This document shows positions 62,260 through 64,000 of a stretch of DNA of 64,000 nucleotides, piece by piece. A model generated the notes under the pieces. It saw nothing but the letters and a program-made list of their open reading frames with translations. It made no database searches and was not told the origin of the DNA. This DNA is from an uncultured Gemmatimonadales bacterium (GTDB taxonomy: Bacteria; Gemmatimonadota; Gemmatimonadetes; Gemmatimonadales; GWC2-71-9), in the NCBI GenBank assembly GCA_963695555.1, contig CAVOGR010000005.1:32001-96000 (forward strand). Reading direction: 5' to 3'. Within the stretch, counting starts at the first letter, position 1. The number at the start of each line of letters is the position of its first letter. The position numbers and the translations under genes were made by a program.

Positions 62260-64000
62260 ATGATGGTAAACCAAACCACCCCCCCCCCCGACACTGACGC
62301 GCCCGCAAAGACCGAGCGCATGCCCACCTCCGACGCCACGGCGCCGCTCACCCTCGTGCGGTCCGATCTGTACGATGAGGAGTACAGCGATCAGGACTAC
62401 GAGACGATGCTCGCCATGTATGAAGGAACCATGGCGTCCATCGCGGAAGGTGAGATCGTCAAGTCGAAGGTTTTGCGCGTAACGGACAACGCCGTCATCC
62501 TCGACCTGGGGTTCAAGTCGGAAGGATCGGTTGCCCTCGAGGAGTTCAAGGACGCCGGGTCCCTTCAAGAAGGCGATGAAGTCGAAGTCTTCCTCGAGAG
62601 CCTCGAGGATCAAGACGGTGCGGTCGTGCTGTCGAAGAAGAAGGCCGACTTCATGCGCGTCTGGGAGAAGATCCGAGAGGCCCATGAGGCGGATGAGCCG
62701 GTTGAGGGCACCTTGATGAAGAAGATCAAGGGCGGGGTGGTGGTCAACCTGATGGGGGTCGATGCCTTCCTGCCGGGCAGCCAGATCGCGCTTCGGCGGG
62801 TTCCCAACATCGACGAGCTGCTTGGCCAGTCCTATCAATTCAAAATCATCAAGCTCAACAAGCGGCGCCGCAATATCGTCGTCAGCCGTCGTGTGATTCT
62901 CGAGCACGAACGCGCCCACAAGCGCGAGTACCTCATGAAGGAGCTGGAGGTCGGCCAGGTCCGGAAGGGTGTCGTCAAGAACATCACGGACTTCGGTGCG
63001 TTCATCGACCTCGGTGGCGTCGACGGCCTGCTGCACATTACCGACATGTCGTACGGCCGCGTGGCCCACCCGAGCGAGTTGGTGCAGATCGGCTCGGAGG
63101 TCGACGTCAAGATCCTCGATATCGACTGGAACCGCGAGCGGATCAGTCTGGGCATGAAGCAGCTCCAGGACTACCCGTGGAAGGACGTCGCCCAGAAATA
63201 CCCGGTCGGCACGCGGGTCCAGGGCAAAGTGGTGTCGATCACCAACTACGGCGCCTTCGTCGAACTGGAGCCCGGGATCGAGGGCTTGGTTCACATTTCC
63301 GAAATGAGCTGGACCCGCAACGTCCGCCATCCTTCGAAGATCGTGAGCATTGGCGAAACGATCGAAGCCGTGGTGCTCAAGGTCGATGAGAGCGAGGAGA
63401 AGATCTCGCTCGGCATGAAGCAGACCGAGCAGGACCCCTGGATGGTCCTGCCGCTCAAGTATCCGGTCGGCACCAAGATCAGCGGTAAGGTGCGGAATCT
63501 GACCAGTTTCGGTGCCTTCGTGGAAATCGAACCCGGCATCGACGGACTGATCCACATTTCCGATATGTCCTGGACGAAGCGAGTCCAGCATCCGTCGGAG
63601 ATCGTCAAGAAGAACGACACGGTCGACGTCGTCGTCCTCAACATCGATCCCGATGCCAAGCGGATCTCGCTGGGGCTGAAGCAGGCGGAGGACGATCCGT
63701 GGCTCAAGATCGGCGAGACCATCCCGATCGGTACCGAGATGCGGGCCCGGGCAGTCCGGCTGATGGACAAGGGCGTCGTGGTGGATCTCGGCGACGACCT
63801 CGAAGGCTTCGTGCCGATGTCTCAGCTCGGTGTTCCGGACATCCAAGCCCCCGGGGACGCGGTGCAGGAGGGCCAGCCGGTCGACGTGAAGGTCCTCGAG
63901 GTCGATCCCATTCACCATCGGATCGTCGTCGCGGTGGTGGCATATCCGGATGAGCCGTTCGAGCCGTTGCCGCCTCGAGTGCCATACGTTGAGGACGAGG
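62260..64000 (+). CDS. rpsA: 30S ribosomal protein S1 (runs off right edge)
   Basis: Open + frame with DLGFKSEG, AFLPGSQ, VKNITDFGAFIDLGGVDGLLHITD, repeated S1 domains; cmk-rpsA synteny. Confidence 0.96.
   Translation, partial: MMVNQTTPPPDTDAPAKTERMPTSDATAPLTLVRSDLYDEEYSDQDYETMLAMYEGTMASIAEGEIVKSKVLRVTDNAVILDLGFKSEGSVALEEFKDAGSLQEGDEVEVFLESLEDQDGAVVLSKKKADFMRVWEKIREAHEADEPVEGTLMKKIKGGVVVNLMGVDAFLPGSQIALRRVPNIDELLGQSYQFKIIKLNKRRRNIVVSRRVILEHERAHKREYLMKELEVGQVRKGVVKNITDFGAFIDLGGVDGLLHITDMSYGRVAHPSELVQIGSEVDVKILDIDWNRERISLGMKQLQDYPWKDVAQKYPVGTRVQGKVVSITNYGAFVELEPGIEGLVHISEMSWTRNVRHPSKIVSIGETIEAVVLKVDESEEKISLGMKQTEQDPWMVLPLKYPVGTKISGKVRNLTSFGAFVEIEPGIDGLIHISDMSWTKRVQHPSEIVKKNDTVDVVVLNIDPDAKRISLGLKQAEDDPWLKIGETIPIGTEMRARAVRLMDKGVVVDLGDDLEGFVPMSQLGVPDIQAPGDAVQEGQPVDVKVLEVDPIHHRIVVAVVAYPDEPFEPLPPRVPYVEDE

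Noticed and set aside
62209..63918. 569-aa minus-strand ORF
   Set aside because: Antisense shadow of rpsA, which the ORF track omits because it runs off the window

Overview
This is a high-GC bacterial chromosome segment; gene order and protein style suggest Gemmatimonadota (inference). Bases 1-33.4 kb and 59.3-64 kb are housekeeping genes: dnaJ-prmA-rsmE-HIT-rpsU-yqeY-mutS2-dnaG-recJ-rsmD-coaD-pta, an Rsb-like partner-switch module, rsmA-rex-arcA, infC-rpmI-rplT-pheST-zapA-rny-folD-xseAB-ispA-dxs-nadK-recN, and tyrA-aroA-cmk-rpsA. The 33.4-59.2 kb stretch is accessory. It holds a truncated TonB-like gene, two nucleotidyltransferase toxin-antitoxin-like pairs, a glutamate-cysteine-ligase/CBS fusion paired with an aspartoacylase-family hydrolase, and tRNA-Leu(TAA). 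After the tRNA is a ~10.7 kb integrase-less island bounded by a 22-bp direct repeat of the tRNA 3' end. The island encodes a HydABC/NuoEFG-like flavin/Fe-S module whose NuoF subunit is fused to a GltD-like domain and which has no hydrogenase or formate dehydrogenase catalytic subunit. That module is linked to a stand-alone FMN glutamate-synthase-like protein, a tandem Cys-repeat protein and a sigma54 two-component system, and is the best candidate for an undescribed system. Regulatory signals visible in the DNA include a Rex operator over the rex start codon, a promoter/leader/terminator and CTG start for infC, and tandem operator-like repeats before the MNT-HEPN pair. Many genes, including essential ones, carry frameshifts, most likely assembly indel errors. 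All product calls come from motif recognition; no database searches were run.
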